DNA from: Ancylonema sp.
Lineage: Eukaryota
NCBI GenBank assembly: GCA_050230475.1
Contig: JBFLGF010000126.1
Span: 1 to 64,000, forward strand
DNA length: 64,000 nt
Reading direction: 5' to 3'
Under the pieces are notes generated by a model. The model saw only the letters and a program-made list of their open reading frames with translations, was not told the DNA's origin and did not search any database. Positions 50,728 to 64,000 of this stretch are shown piece by piece (position 1 is the stretch's first letter; every line of letters starts with the position of its first letter). A program made the position numbers and the translations under genes.

Positions 50728-53700
50728 TGTATATATGTATATGTATATGTATATATATTCATCAACTTCTAGAAATATTCACAGGATACATATCATTACA
50801 TTTACAAACACATGGACAGATATATACTTCCACGTGATACAAGCATCATCAGACATGACATATATACAATCAATTGTCTATCCTTCCATACATGCATGTA
50901 TATATACGGACATGGACAAATAGTAAACTGGACAAGTACGCCCAAGCTCGTACGTCTATGGGAGCATTCTGTCCCTCGACGGGTTCACAAATACATTCGA
51001 CTGTGCCTGTACCTTGGTGGCAACTGAGAGGAAGTCGGCAATCGCTCGGTGCGCGAGGGAGTGATCTACAATGCCCTTCTCTAGGATGGGCTGAAGCGCT
51101 GCAGACATGTGCTCGAGAATGAGGCGGCGCTTGGGGGGGGGGGCAGCAGCCATGAGATCTGCCAGTCTGAGGGGTAGGGGAGGTGAAATGTTTATTTTTT
51201 GGGTTTTTTTTAATAGTCATTTGTTCATCATCTTCATAGATTTTGAGACTGTTGTCGTGGATACCGATACGAATCAGATTCAATCTTGGGCAGCAGTCGA
51301 CAATGAAACACCCACAAGAGGATGTAGAATCAGTAGGAAAGGAGTGCGTACAGCGATCGATGCGGCACTGGCTGACTTAGAGGGATCGAAAGCGGAGATG
51401 ACAGAAATAAGGTTCGAGAAGGGAAATGACCAACAAGGGCCCTGACCTGCCTTGTCCTGCAGTCTCGATTCCCTTAAACAGGCGGTACTCGGGGGCATAG
51501 AACTCTGACACCAGGGCTTGCTTTTGAGCGCCAGTGGCAGTTTGGAAGGCCCTCTCCACCACTGAAAAAGCACACAATGAGGAGGAAGATGGAATTGCGG
51601 TTTCTGATTCGGGACGGAATCAGATTCGGATTAAATTTCGGATTTGTATTCGGATCAGATTCGGTGCAAAGCATGTGTGTTGCTAAGGGCATGTTCCGAA
51701 TACAACGAGTAGAGGAGACAGAACCGAATGAGAAGAGACTCGTGCACTCAATCTAAAAAACACATACGGACGAGGACCCGGAAAAACGAAGACGAGAGGA
51801 AGGAAAAGAAGACGTGAGGGGGGGAAATGACAGGGAAATACAGCTAAATTCATAGATCAAACACCCTACTTCCTCAGCACGCGTCAGAGTGTCTTTTCTT
51901 TACAGCACCGATCCCGAGGGATCAGTTTCCAGTTCTTCCTATTCATTAATTGTATGGCATCACTCGCGCGCTGAGTTTTCATCCTCCCCCAACATCTGAA
52001 CATCCAAAACCCTAAGACTACCCGTCTGCAACAAACCCTAGAAACCATAAAACCATGTGTGCAAACTCATCCACTTATGAGAGAATGTCACTATGTCCAA
52101 CCGATGTTGAAACCCTAGGGATTTCCCTGTAACCGTCCTGTTCCCCACCCTTGCTTCGATACCCGCCCTACTAACCATGTGAAGCGCTTGGGTGTCTGAG
52201 CAGCGACACCACCTTGCCGTGGAAGGCAGTGAGCATCTGAGTCCGCTGCTGCTTGTTGGCTGCCAAGACCCATCCATGTGACTGTATGAGGGGCGTGATA
52301 GATACAAGCTAGTCCATACACCAAGGCGAATTCTGAAAAAGTCGGTTCTATAATCCTGGATGGGTGACCATATCACCGATCTTGCCAATGTGTCGAGACC
52401 ATATATTACGGCTCGGCATTCCTTATTACAGCTGTACACTTCCCCCGGTTTCAGATCCACTAACCATGATCGAGCATCTTGTTGACCAGGTGGTGGGCAT
52501 ACGTGTTTTTCGCCAGATCTAAGCAGTGAGGGCGCAATTCGGCAAAAACCTCGGCCCTCTCTGCCTTCGAGCAATGCTTCACACAGGCCTGCAACCCACA
52601 CCCCCCACCCTTAGCTTTGAATGCCATCTGTTACCCTCTCCACACTCTTCCTCTCTGCCAGCACTCAAATGCATGCTCTCAACAATGCCAGCAGGCAGCC
52701 TACCAGCTGTCCCCATTGAGACACATAGTTGTTTCGCGACCCTTGTCCCTTACCTCTCACCCCTCATTGCTTACCTGCACAATGCGGGAGGAGGTATGGG
52801 AGAGAGAGAGCTCCCGAAGCTTCCCCTTCGTTTTGGACAGAATGGAGGAGGCCAATCTGTGCGGTCGCATCAAATGACGTCATAAAGATGATGTCAGCAT
52901 GCGGGAAGTAGACCTCTCGAAACTTTTCAAGAATGATGATTGGGCGAGAAGGGTACTAACCACCAAAGTGTTGGTAATGGTCAGGATTTAGGTTGGAGAG
53001 TGGGATAGAAACGGCACTGACCGTTTCTGCTCAGCAGGGTCGACATTCCGCTGCCGCATTTTCTCCCACAAGGCAGTCACATCCTGAACCCGAAATCCAG
53101 CACATGTCTCAGCTCAGCATCGGAGATAGGGAAGTAGATGACCAGTGCTGCTCATCCAGATCTTCCCAGAGCAATGTGCTTGCAAAAATATCATTCCGTG
53201 ATAGGCATGTGTTGAAATAATAAATGCTGAGGATGCCAGCTGACAGCAGCAAAGAGCCACCCAACCCACTTTCTACCCCAATCATGACAGATTTAAAAAA
53301 ACGGCAATAAAAATCGCCATTTGTCGACAACATATGTGAATGGTCAACAAGCGTCAACTCCCTACCCTAGGGCAGAAAAATAACGACCTTCTCTAAATCG
53401 TAATTCGGCCTCCTCTCCTTCTTGCGGGCCTCGGAAAGTTCCTGGAAGATACACCATTCACAACATTGAGCACAGTCAGGTATGGACCCCACTTTGGACT
53501 GCGCGATAGTAATGTAAGAATTAAATGTTATTGTATCCTCACGATCGCGGTAATCAGGTATTCTACAATCTTCAGGTAGATACGCATCTCAAGATATTGC
53601 TTAGTCGTGATAGTCTGGTAGATGATATTATTATCTGGTAGATATCCATTCTAAATCTAGACAGATTCTGACTTGTAGCTGGCTAGCAAACACAAGATTG

Positions 53701-54139
53701 CGATGTGACATGCATTTCATTCGCACCTCCATACCCCCACATCAAATGCTGAATTGTGTCTATGTAAAACTTCACCTTTCTGGCTTTGCGATCCAGCAAT
53801 TCCGCGCCTCCAGCCTTATCTGCTACGTGGTCTTTTCCATAATCACTCGCTTCGCCGCGCGCTTCACCCGTAGACTGAGCTTCATCCTTCCAGCTTCCAG
53901 CCCCGATCTTTGGAGACTTGAAAGGCTTTTGAACAGCAGATACATCGTCTGATTTCCGCTTCCTGATCGCAAACAAAAGATGGAAATTGGTGTTGGCAGA
54001 CGAAATCCAAAGAAATGAAATGCATTGACTATGCCATGGACCAAAGCTGTGAATCCCGTCGTCTTTATTTTCTTTCTTAATAATATCAACGATGGTCAGG
54101 CGCTCACTTGAAGTCTGCTGGCTTCCCTGACGCAGCCAT
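47813..54139 (-). CDS. PUM24: Pumilio homology domain protein, PUM24/PUF6 (nucleolar rRNA processing), multi-exon
   Basis: Basic N-terminus KKRKSDD; LVSEFYAPEYRLFKG; LQPILEKGIVDHSL; MLHTRDGARVA...GSAKERKKAVKGLK; DDTML; YGSRVLLHLLAP; SKKDPALRRWELL (CPL region). Confidence 0.88.
50672..50758. repeat. (AT)n microsatellite grading into (ATATGT)n, in a PUM24 intron
   Basis: Direct reading. Confidence 0.95.
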
Positions 54140-54528
54140 TGATTCTGATCTGCCTCTTAATCGATGGGCTTCAAAACGAATACATAAGAATGAGGTATGT
54201 TCTCACGTATTCTTCGTAAGGAATTCTACTAGTACCCGGCGACCGGAGCAATCAATTGGTGTATGTCGGGAACCTGTGTAAATTAGCAACTGTGCCAGTG
54301 TCGATTGGCAGAGTACATCTACGTTTGCACAATACTGCCCAAGGCGGCCGATGTCACACTCGCTTATCTGGAGATTGCTTTCCTCGTTTATATCTCGCCG
54401 CATGCACTCCTCGATATGCGCTCCTGAGCTGGCATCCGGCGGCACTAATGACTGCAGGGGCTCAGGGATTCCGGGGAATTTGGCGAGGTCTTTGTCGGTG
54501 GTGAACACGGACGAGTTTAGAGGGAAAT

Positions 54529-54537
54529 GGCGGGAAA
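54529..54537 (-). promoter_or_regulatory. E2F consensus site TTTCCCGCC in the divergent PUM24/purF intergenic region
   Basis: GGCGGGAAA on the + strand, roughly midway between the two ATGs (54139 and 54998). Confidence 0.4.
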
Positions 54538-54997
54538 ATATGGCAGAGCGGATCTGGCGGCTAGATGCATGAACGGATTGCCACGTCAGACTCGATCGGG
54601 TTCAGCGCCGCAACTCCACTTTGTGGACGACAACGCCCACCTAGGTAATGATTACGCTGAGGACCTGCAGAGAAGTCATATCCTCAGAGCAAAGCAGTCG
54701 TTTCTCGTGACTCGTATGTGAGGAGTTGGAAGCTGTCGTGAAATCAAGGGCACCGACACACATTATCTTACGTTACACTTAATTTAGGAGACTGCTGAAT
54801 ATTCTGTCTCGGTGTGGATGCGACTTTTCATTTTCACGAACTCGCGTGTGGTCAAGGCATAGGCGGTCAGTCGGTATGTGGCTGTGCACCCTCGCGTAGC
54901 TGTATCCTCGCATAGCTTTGGTAACGTTTTGAAAGGAGGAAATTAAGAGGATTGCCGCTGTAAGCAACCCCTGCCTGTTTCGGCTCTCCATCTAGCC

Positions 54998-57900
54998 ATG
55001 CAGACCCTCTTGCGCACCTCGTTATTGCCTCTTTATCGTGTGGGTTCCTCCACAGACTCGCTTTCTGCCGGTCAATTGGCAAATAGCAGCTGTGATGTGC
55101 GATTAATACCCACCGCTCGTGCCGTCTCTTCCTCCTCCGACTCTTCCTCCGTTACCTCGGTCACAAATACGTGGCCATCTCTCCGGAAATCGAATCCCAT
55201 GGAGGCCCGCATCGAGCGGGCACGCAGCCAGGATGGCACTAGCGAAAAATTTGACGACGAAGGTGACGTGTTCGCGTGGGGCTCCGACAAACCTCGCGAA
55301 GAATGTGGCGTAGTCGGTATTTTCGGTGACTCTGAAGCTAGCCGGTTATGTTATTTGGCCCTGCATGCTCTGCAGCACCGGGGGCAAGAGGGGGCGGGTA
55401 TCGTGGTTTGCAACGAGGAGGGTCAGATGAGGTCCACCACGGGAATGGGGCTCGTGTCAGAAGTGTTCGACAACAAAAAAATGGAGGAGCTGGAAGGCAC
55501 GTCAGCAGTTGGACACGTGCGGTATGCCACAGCCGGGGCCAGCGTTTTGAAAAACGTTCAGGTGAATACAACATGTGTTGACGCTTCCCCTCATTTTTTG
55601 GCTCCAATGCCTAGCATTCTACGAATTTTGTATCGATTGTCGTTATAGCACTGGTCGTTTAAGGACATTCCTTGCTGAGCTGTCGCACCGAAGCAGAAGG
55701 AACAAGCAGCGGGTCATTGGTCCCCCATTCCTCCTACCCCATAGTATGCCATCCCTACCCCCCTGAATCAGATTACTCTTCAAGCTAATATTTTGGGTTG
55801 TGGAAAGTTCCTCGCAATTTCGAGGGGGGATGCTTGGTGGCATAGAGCTGGGAATTGGCAAGGCCAGAAGTCCACTTCCCACAGAACTGAAACGGACTCC
55901 TAGAATACGTACGAAACACGTTCCTCTGACCCATCCCTTCCCATCCCCTCTCTCCCATCCCCTTCCCAGCCCTTTGTCGCTGGCTACCGATTCGGTGCCG
56001 TTGCAGTCGCTCACAACGGGAACTTAGTGAACTACGAAGAGCTCCACTCGATGCTGGAAGACAAGGGGTCCATTTTCAACACCTCCTCCGACACCGAAGT
56101 GATTCTGCACCTTATCGCCATGTCCCCCGTGCGCCCCTTCATTTCCCGTCTCACCAGCGCCTGCGAACAGCTGGAGGGCGCCTACTCGCTCGTCTTCCTC
56201 ACCGAAGACAAGCTAGTGGCTGTCCGAGATCCCTACGGCTTCCGCCCCCTCGTGATGGGTCGTAGGGACAACGGAGCCGTCGTGTTTGCGTCAGAGACGT
56301 GTGCCTTAGACCTCATCGGGGCTGTTTACGAGAGGGAGGTGAACCCCGGGGAGGTGGTTGTGGTGGATAAAGATGGCATCAGCACTCTCTGCCTCATGCC
56401 CCACCGCCAGCGGAAGGCGTGCATCTTTGAACACATCTACTTTGCGCTGCCCAACTCCATCGTATTCGGGCGCTCTGTTTACGAGGTGAGGATGTGCCTG
56501 TCATATCCTGTGTTGGATGGGATTGGTATATACAGTGGGGGCTGCAGCACCACCTTTGTGCAAGTGAACCCGTTCTTATCCTGCTTACACCACACAGGCG
56601 CCTCTGGTCCTTCGATGGCCTCCATGTCTGTAGCCTTTGGCTGTGCTGCAGCTGTGCTACAGCTGAGGTGCACACATCATACGGTTTCTGTCAGTGCCTC
56701 ATGTCCCCCATTCCCCCTTTTGCATCCCGCTGATTATAACCGCCTACACTCATCCTGAGCCCTACCCCTCCGCCTTCGCATTTCTGCCCACCCAATCTCT
56801 TTTACCCCCCCACCCCTCCCCACCTTACCCCCCCCACCCTGCTCCCCACCCCCTCCCCCCCCCACAGTCTCGCTACGAATTCGGTCAAATCCTGGCCCGC
56901 CAATCCCCCGCCGAGTGTGACGTGGTGATCGCCGTGCCAGACTCGGGCGTGGTCGCAGCCCTGGGGTTTGCAGCCGAGCTGGGGGTGCCTTTCCAGCAGG
57001 GCCTCATTCGATCCCACTATGTGGGGCGGACGTTCATTGAACCCAGTCAGAAGATTCGGGATTTCGGAGTCAAGCTGAAGCTGGCGCCTGTGCAGGCTGT
57101 GCTCAAGGTATGTGGAGGGGCAGGGCGGGCTGGGGGGGAGCTGGGGGCTGGAAGAGGTATCCTACAAGAGGGGGGAGATATGGGGGTGGGGGGAAGGAAA
57201 GGAGGTGAAAGGTCGTAGAGGGTAGGTGAGGTAGTATGAATACATTTTGACCTGGGGGTAAAATTATCTGAAGACAGGGGAGGAGAGCGCGTGGAGGGGG
57301 GGGGAAGAGAATGGGAGGGTAGGAAATGCTGCGGCGGTCTGAACAGGACGGGTGAGATCTGTGGGTTCACAATCTGCTCTGTTTGTTTCTCCTGGTGCCT
57401 GACACCTGGTATTCGTCCTCATTTCGGTTCTGGGTTCAGGGCAAGCGCGTGGTGGTGGTGGATGACAGCATTGTGCGAGGGACCACTTCCTCCAAAATCG
57501 TGAGACTCATAAAAGAGGCGGGGGCAACCGAGGTGCATATGCGGATCGCCAGCCCGCCCATGATCGCCTCCTGCTACTATGGCGTGGACACGCCTTCAAG
57601 GACTGTGAGTACGCAATGGGGGGTGGGCGGAGGGAGGGGTATGTGAGGTTTCAGTACGGCGTGAAAGGCAGGGAAAGGCGCAAATGAATGAGGAGAAGAG
57701 AACTGAGAAATAGGGACGAAAATGTGTGAACAAATGCACGGTGAGTAGATGTAAAGCAGTTTTTCTCTCATGGGACGTGCAGGAATTGATCTCGTATCGC
57801 CTGAATGTAGAGGAGACGCGGCAGTACATCCGCGCAGACTCGCTGGCTTTCCTCCCACTGGAGGATTTACACGGGATGCTTGGTGAAGAGGCCCCCACGT

Positions 57901-58064
57901 TCTGCGACGCGTGTCTTTCGGGGACGTATCCCGTGCCGCCAACTAATGTGGAGGTGGCCCCAAAGATGCTGACAGGTGGCAGGTTGCTAGAGGAGGCGCA
58001 CAGTGAGGCAGAGGCTGGGGAGGTGCAAAAAGGGGCGGCTAATGTGCCCATCCCAGTCTCGTAA
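54998..58064 (+). CDS. purF: Amidophosphoribosyltransferase, plastidial (ASE/purF), 5 exons
   Basis: Transit peptide; [11 protein letters not shown] (Ntn Cys); [38 protein letters not shown] (PRPP loop); Fe-S cysteines in ACIFE, SCYYG and FCDAC. Confidence 0.97.
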
Positions 58065-60349
58065 TAATTTGTTACAGGGTTATTTTGTGTACGGGATTAT
58101 TTTTGATTCCAGGGGTGGCTTGAAAGGGGTGGGGCTTTAGGTAAAAAATTACCCAACGCGATAGGCGTGGAGTCTTTGTAGAATGTTTTTGTAGAACCTG
58201 GTTTTGGGTCCATGTTTACTGAAGGCTTTGTGACGCTTAAATCAAGGAATGTACGGAGAGAAAGTATGGTAGGTTTATAGCGGGTAGGTAGACTCCTTTT
58301 CCTTTGTTTCTACGCGGTCAAAACAATGAGGCACACTACGGTGGGAGATGTATGGAAGGAAAAAAATCCAAGTGATGCTTTTCAAAGAAACAGAAGCCAA
58401 TTCGAATGCGGATCTTTTATGGAATACCATACAATACTACTCATACGTAAAGTACGCCAACAAAAAACATACATTGAACATACCCATGTGATCCACCCCA
58501 AAACTCCACATAGATTGAAAGTGTACTGCGTATATGCACACCTTAGTTGACGCAACTATCGCGTGATGGTTAGCCACATCCCCATCCACATATTCGTTAT
58601 GCAGTTGTTGTCTTCCCCCTTCCATCTCTAAACGATCGAATTCCTGCAGGAACAGCATTGTTTCGTCAAAAAAGAATACAGCAGTCCGCAATGTTAGAGA
58701 GCATGTTGTTGACGAATCGACTATCAAGCTCTTGCTCACAATTTACAGCCAATTTTGCGTTGACTATGTTCTCCACGATAATTTTGACGATTGCGTACTC
58801 TTCGTTAATCCAACACGACTATTTCAACATTTCACAACTATCGAACAACTCTACTAATCACTACTATGTATCCGTCGATTCATCGCTGTATTACAAGATT
58901 AACGCATTCGAGTAATTGTTGCTCACAATGTCACTTGCGCACGTGTACTTTGCCACTTCAACGACCGCGTAGGAGGATATGGGAGCTTATACTCGACGCG
59001 TATAGCAACACCACTTTCAATTCTATTTTTGAAAAACGCTTATTTCTTTGTCGCACGTATTCCACCCTTATCAACACTAAACTAGATTTTGTCGACGAGA
59101 CGAAACACTTTGTCGATTGCATGAATAGGCGCACAATATTAAGAACGAAAGGAATTCAAATATTGTGTGCACGATCCTTGCAAAGTGTTAGAGGCCAACA
59201 CAGCAACACCATTTTGAAAATTGTCAAAATTTGTCACGTACGAAACTAATGGGATGCGCATAGAGCTTGTTGTCTCCTTTTCTGAGATGCCAAGAGCATC
59301 AGCGCAGCATGTACGAAACGACCTTAACAAACCGCAAAGAGAAACGGATGGTATGTGCAAGTTCGCCAACGGTGTATGCAAGTTCGCCAATGCGTCACCA
59401 TGCTACTATTTTTTTACTAGCTTCAAAATATGGAATCGGATTGAATGCAGAAAAATAAAACTGGCGTAAGAGTAAATTTGAAAATGTGTGAGATTCCCCG
59501 TTCGATAGATTAGACTAGCGAAGCATCGACAAAGAAGATTAGAGCATCGGACGTTGTGCTGTGGACGTACTACCCCCCCTCCTTACCAATATTACGCATG
59601 ACAGATAAGTATTGAGGAAATATGGTACAAAAATCGGATCATGTTGGGCCTAATGCTAGGAAACCACATCGAGTTGGAATGAGCAAGCAAGCTCATCGCA
59701 ATCGTACTAAAAGATATCGGCACAACTCAAGGAAGCGGAAGGATGAATAGGATGCGGTCATGTTAGTGAGCAAACATGCACATAGATACTGAATAATTTG
59801 TCGCTCAAAGCTTACGGTCAGTGTGGTCACGGTGACACACATAGACATGATTGTTTTTTGCGCAGCCAAAAGCAGCCTAACACAATCTTCAATTGATAGA
59901 CTGTACCGATATATCCACACAGGTCGATGCTCAGCCTTCAATACGCTATCTGGTTACGTCGACTGATGTATCATTCTACTCCGGTCATAGCTCGACATAT
60001 TGTCACATCGACACATCAGCCTGATCGTCGATCTCAGCACGAATAAAGGAATGATATTCCAATCTAGAATATTTCTGTCACATCCTCTTGGGCAGAATTG
60101 ACATTTGGCAATAATATCGCAGAGCTTCACCCTGATTGGGGTATATCGATTCAGGTTTGAGCAAGTCAGAAATAGTTGTAGAAGTAGAATAACAGAAATA
60201 GTAGTAGAAATGACTTTCTCCACCACATTCGGCAGATAACTCAAAAGGAATTTCCCTCCTGTGCTTCTGGAATGTCTCGTGTTCGTATATCGCAAGTATA
60301 GCGCAGGCACCCAGGTTTTCTGAAACAGGTCCACGGTCTAGCAGTAATC

Positions 60350-63136
60350 ATGGCTGCAGCAACGTCGAGTGCTTCGACGATGTCAGAGCGCATTCAAAGT
60401 AAGAATTTTCGTCGACATAAAAAAGACATGCAGTAATCTTCCTTGTTCCCGGATTCCCGAACCACTATGCGTATGAATCCGTGTGATATACAAGATTCAC
60501 AGCTCTTTGTGTCCTGGATTTGATATGTTTTATTTTTGACATCGATGTGCAGCATGCGTGCGCTTGCTTGTCCGTGACATAAACGACGGTCAACTTCCGG
60601 AAATCGTGGTATCCAGATATAGAGCAAGAGAAGGAGCGTCAGATTCCCTGGACACCACAAAGCACAGAAGTATATATGAAAAATCAGAGTCAAAGTGGAT
60701 ATTGAGCGTTCGGCGCAGCTCTGTCGCGACACCGAGTAGGCTAGGTTTGGACTTCGTCATTTGGTCAGACCCTTCTAAAGATTTCTTCTTCGAGCTATTG
60801 TTTGGTGCAGTAATATCCTATTGTTCTCCTCGTTATCTTACTCGTTTTTTTGAACAACCTCGATATCCTACCAAGTTGTTTGTGGATGCAGTTGCATTTC
60901 TTGGCGTCCTCAAGATTGTTCAGGAGCTCTTGTTCCAAAAAAAACACGCAACAAAACGAGATGTCTACTACACAAACACTACGTTGTTTAAAGGTACTGG
61001 CCAAATCAATGTAAAAGAAGTTGTACTTTGTAAGTAGATACTCTGAGCATCAACCAGAGGTCGAGGATGCTGACATCACTATCAGATTTCACAGCAGTCG
61101 TATTTCTATCACGCAGATCAGATCATGGTCGATAGAGCACTCATCGACATCGGAATATACTTCAAGTGCCCACGGTCCGAGCTGAACGTGGTAAAGTGAA
61201 CCGAGCACCACGAGTTTTTATGCGATCGGCTCTGGTAACTCTAACTTTTCCGATCCGTCCCCGGCGTGTATTTCAGGTCTCCTCTTGCAAAGGGTACATC
61301 CACGTCCTCCGTAAATTCGACGATAATAATCTATACTTTCGAGCAAAAGTATACAATATTGAGGGCTGGTCGACATTCCTCGATTTTTCCGTGGATTATG
61401 GTTATGTCGATCGGATCGAGTCGAGGAATGTCATGCACTCCTCTGACCTTGGGTGTCCTTTTTTCATGCATCACAACCAGGCTAGTCATGGGGCAGCTGA
61501 AGTACAAGGAGCAGGGCCAATTGGTGGACTGCTCGCAATGCACAAACACTGTGAGGGGGGAACTTTTCAAATGATACGCCATTCAAGATTTATAGCGTGT
61601 AGGGTGAAGTTTCTGAATGCCTTCGATTGTCTCTGACTATAAGGCATCCTTGCATTGCAGGGTATTGGTATTCCTTCATTTCTTTCCCACATAACAGGTG
61701 AGATATTGAAAAAAAAAAAAACTGAATCCAGGGATGGTGCCCGAACTAATTAAGGCATCGTACAGTACATCATTTTTAAATACCTAAGACAACGGAACCG
61801 GTCATGTCTATCCCTATGACATTATGCGGTCAGATATATGCCAGAAGCTATCAAAATTTTGAGAATGTCGAGTCTGCATCACTAATCTTAATTGTGTCGG
61901 AAGTCATACATGTGTGTTGCGCAGACATGTCATCCACTGCTAAGTACGTTCTCCTACTTGAGAAGGAGACAGGTACTTTCAGCAGACCCTCTATATGCGC
62001 GCTAGTCACTAGACGCTTGTCAGTCGGTGATATGAACAGGCATGTGTGAATTTGCGGGCTATCGATCATCCCACGTACATACTCTAAACGTATATGGATG
62101 ACCCTGGATCCTGACATGTCAGCATACAAAAGGGTACAAGACATGTACTCACATTCAAATAATTCACATTGTTGTTGCCTCCAGCATTTTTGAGGCTGGC
62201 AGACGATGGCTTTTGTGAAAAAAACGACGCAATTGTTTTGACGGTAGGATTATGGCGCTCTAACCTCCGCTCACTTTTCTTGCACTGACGACTGAAATGT
62301 TAACCACGATAAATTCAGATACGGCTCGCCTTTGCTGCAGGGTAAAGGGTATCCAGATGTTGCAACCAGGCTCTTTCTCCGACTGTTGTCCGAAAAACTA
62401 GCCATTCCGCTGTTTGGGGTAACCGACGGTGATCCACATGGGCTTGACATCATGTGCACATACAGATTCGGAAGTCTGGTGAGGTCTGGTGGTTCGCTTT
62501 GTCGGCAACAGTAGGGACCATGTGCTGATGCTGTGTTCCTTCTCCCCGAGTAGCAAATGGCTCACGATGCACACAACCTGGCCACACCTCGTCTCCAGTG
62601 GATGGGCGTCTTTCCTGCTGATGTGAAACAATTTGGCATACCAGCTCGATGCTGTCTACCCTTGAGCAAACGAGGTATTCTATAGCAATCCAACAGAAAA
62701 GTCTCCAGGAATCTTAGTGGGCGAAGAATCCAAAAATGAGTCCACAGTTCGTATCATTCAGTCATTTATTACGAGTGCCGTGTTATTTCACTTGCCTCCT
62801 CGATCTTCCGACTGCAGACATGTCAAAAGGGGAGGCCCTGTTGAAACGGGAATACTTGAGGTCCTCGGCACCTTCTTGGTGGTAAGTCTATCTCTCCCCC
62901 ACCAAACATTTATGAATGCCGCAGTATTCGATGATCATCATGCAGTAATAAGATTGTGTTGTTCAATGCGTCGGTTTTTATGTACACCACTGTGCAGCCG
63001 ACATATGCAAGAAATGCTGGACCATGGATGGAAGGTAGAAATTGAAGCTTTGGCAGCTGTGGGTATGACCATGCTGTCAGACGTGTACTTGCCCAGCAAA
63101 GTTAGAGAACAGTTTCTTGTTAGATCTTACAAGTAA
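60350..63136 (+). CDS. SPO11-1: Meiotic recombination protein SPO11 (SPO11-1-like), many small exons
   Basis: ATKRDVYY (catalytic Tyr), LNV|VSSCKG|LVMG, LLEKETAFLRL, TGKGYPDVATRLFL, TDGDPHG (DxD), YRFGSL|QMAHD and KVEIEAL...DVYLPSK. Confidence 0.9.
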
Positions 63137-63753
63137 AGAGCTTTATATATTTGAAGATACCTACTTGGCACTCGCACAGGTGTTGGGCTCTTGATGTAGA
63201 GACATGTCTATGTAACAAGAAGAGAGGAATACCACTTTGTACCACTAAGATGCCCCATGTCACTCACCGAGATTTCATTGATTGGGAAACCGAGTCCAGG
63301 TAGTGGCCAAAATCTCGACTGCCTCAAGATTTTTTGTGTTCTTTATGAATCTTTGGGCGCATTTGTATGGTTCCTCTATTCCAAATCATTGCAATTTCCC
63401 AATGACCACACTTGTTACGTTTGATACCACTCTGCATGGACATTCGAGCAAAAGACATGAAGACCATGGTAGTTAAAAACAGATCGCAGTTCACGAGCAG
63501 AACTGGGCATACGATTTGTAGGTTTAGTAGACAATGATCCACAACCACCTCGCTATCGGCCTCTTTGTAAGGAAGAAGATGTAATTTCATTATTGGCTCT
63601 CAACAAAACTACAGCTTAAAGGCTAGGCACCAGGGGGTGCCTCAACAACACAACTCTTGTCGGTACCTGAGATCCAATGTTCTACATATGTGTACCGAGA
63701 TGACAGCAAGATGAAAGTAGAATCCATAATTTTGTTTGCCTACGTCTTTCCTT

Positions 63754-63841
63754 ACCTATCAGTGACCAGATTTCTCCAAAATAGAGAAGGTCATAGATCC
63801 TCATTCCTGAACCAAAAGCCTACCACAGGCAGCGGATAAAC
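63754..63841 (-). other. Possible terminal exon of a gene entering from beyond the window
   Basis: Good acceptor TTTTTTCATCAG and downstream donor GTAAGG. One frame reads GLSAACGRLLVQE*. Product cannot be assigned. Confidence 0.25.
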
Positions 63842-64000
63842 CTGATGAAAAAACAGAAACTACTCAAATCTGCCAAATTGCCAGCAGAAGAAGACCATCT
63901 ACCCCACTTCTCTACCTCACAACCTAAACATACCTTTCCCTTCTCTACTGAGAACCAACTTTGACTCAGCTATGTTAGATCGAAGTCAGTTCTGGCTGTA

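Noticed and set aside
50505..50923. (YI)n ORFs
   Set aside because: Translations of the AT microsatellite.
58500..60330. Exon-like minus-strand fragments between purF and SPO11
   Set aside because: Could not be assembled into a consistent spliced ORF; family unsupported.

Overview
Eukaryotic, intron-rich, gene-dense DNA from the green plant lineage. Plastid transit peptides, a CSK-like gene, a plastid MltB and plant-type FAS1/PUM24/SPO11-1 suggest a streptophyte alga or early-diverging plant (inference). From left to right: a TE graveyard with three same-family solo LTRs with 5-bp TSDs, two of them nested (1-4.5 kb); a His-box desaturase-like gene containing an intronic (GATTACA)31 array; a chloroplast sensor kinase (CSK/Hik2) homologue that seems to end before its ATPase domain; a plastid-targeted MltB-type lytic murein transglycosylase head-to-head with plastid pyruvate kinase; and a bacterial-looking alpha/beta hydrolase broken by a 1508-bp local duplication and a frameshift. 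These are followed by an intronless F-box/LRR gene, DBP2/DDX5-type helicase, FAS1 (CAF-1 p150), TIM23, a dead RLE-type non-LTR fragment, PUM24/PUF6, amidophosphoribosyltransferase and SPO11-1. Several genes show alternating C-skewed and G-skewed blocks and splice acceptors with no polypyrimidine tract. Exon boundaries were read by eye and family calls come from motif recognition, not database searches.
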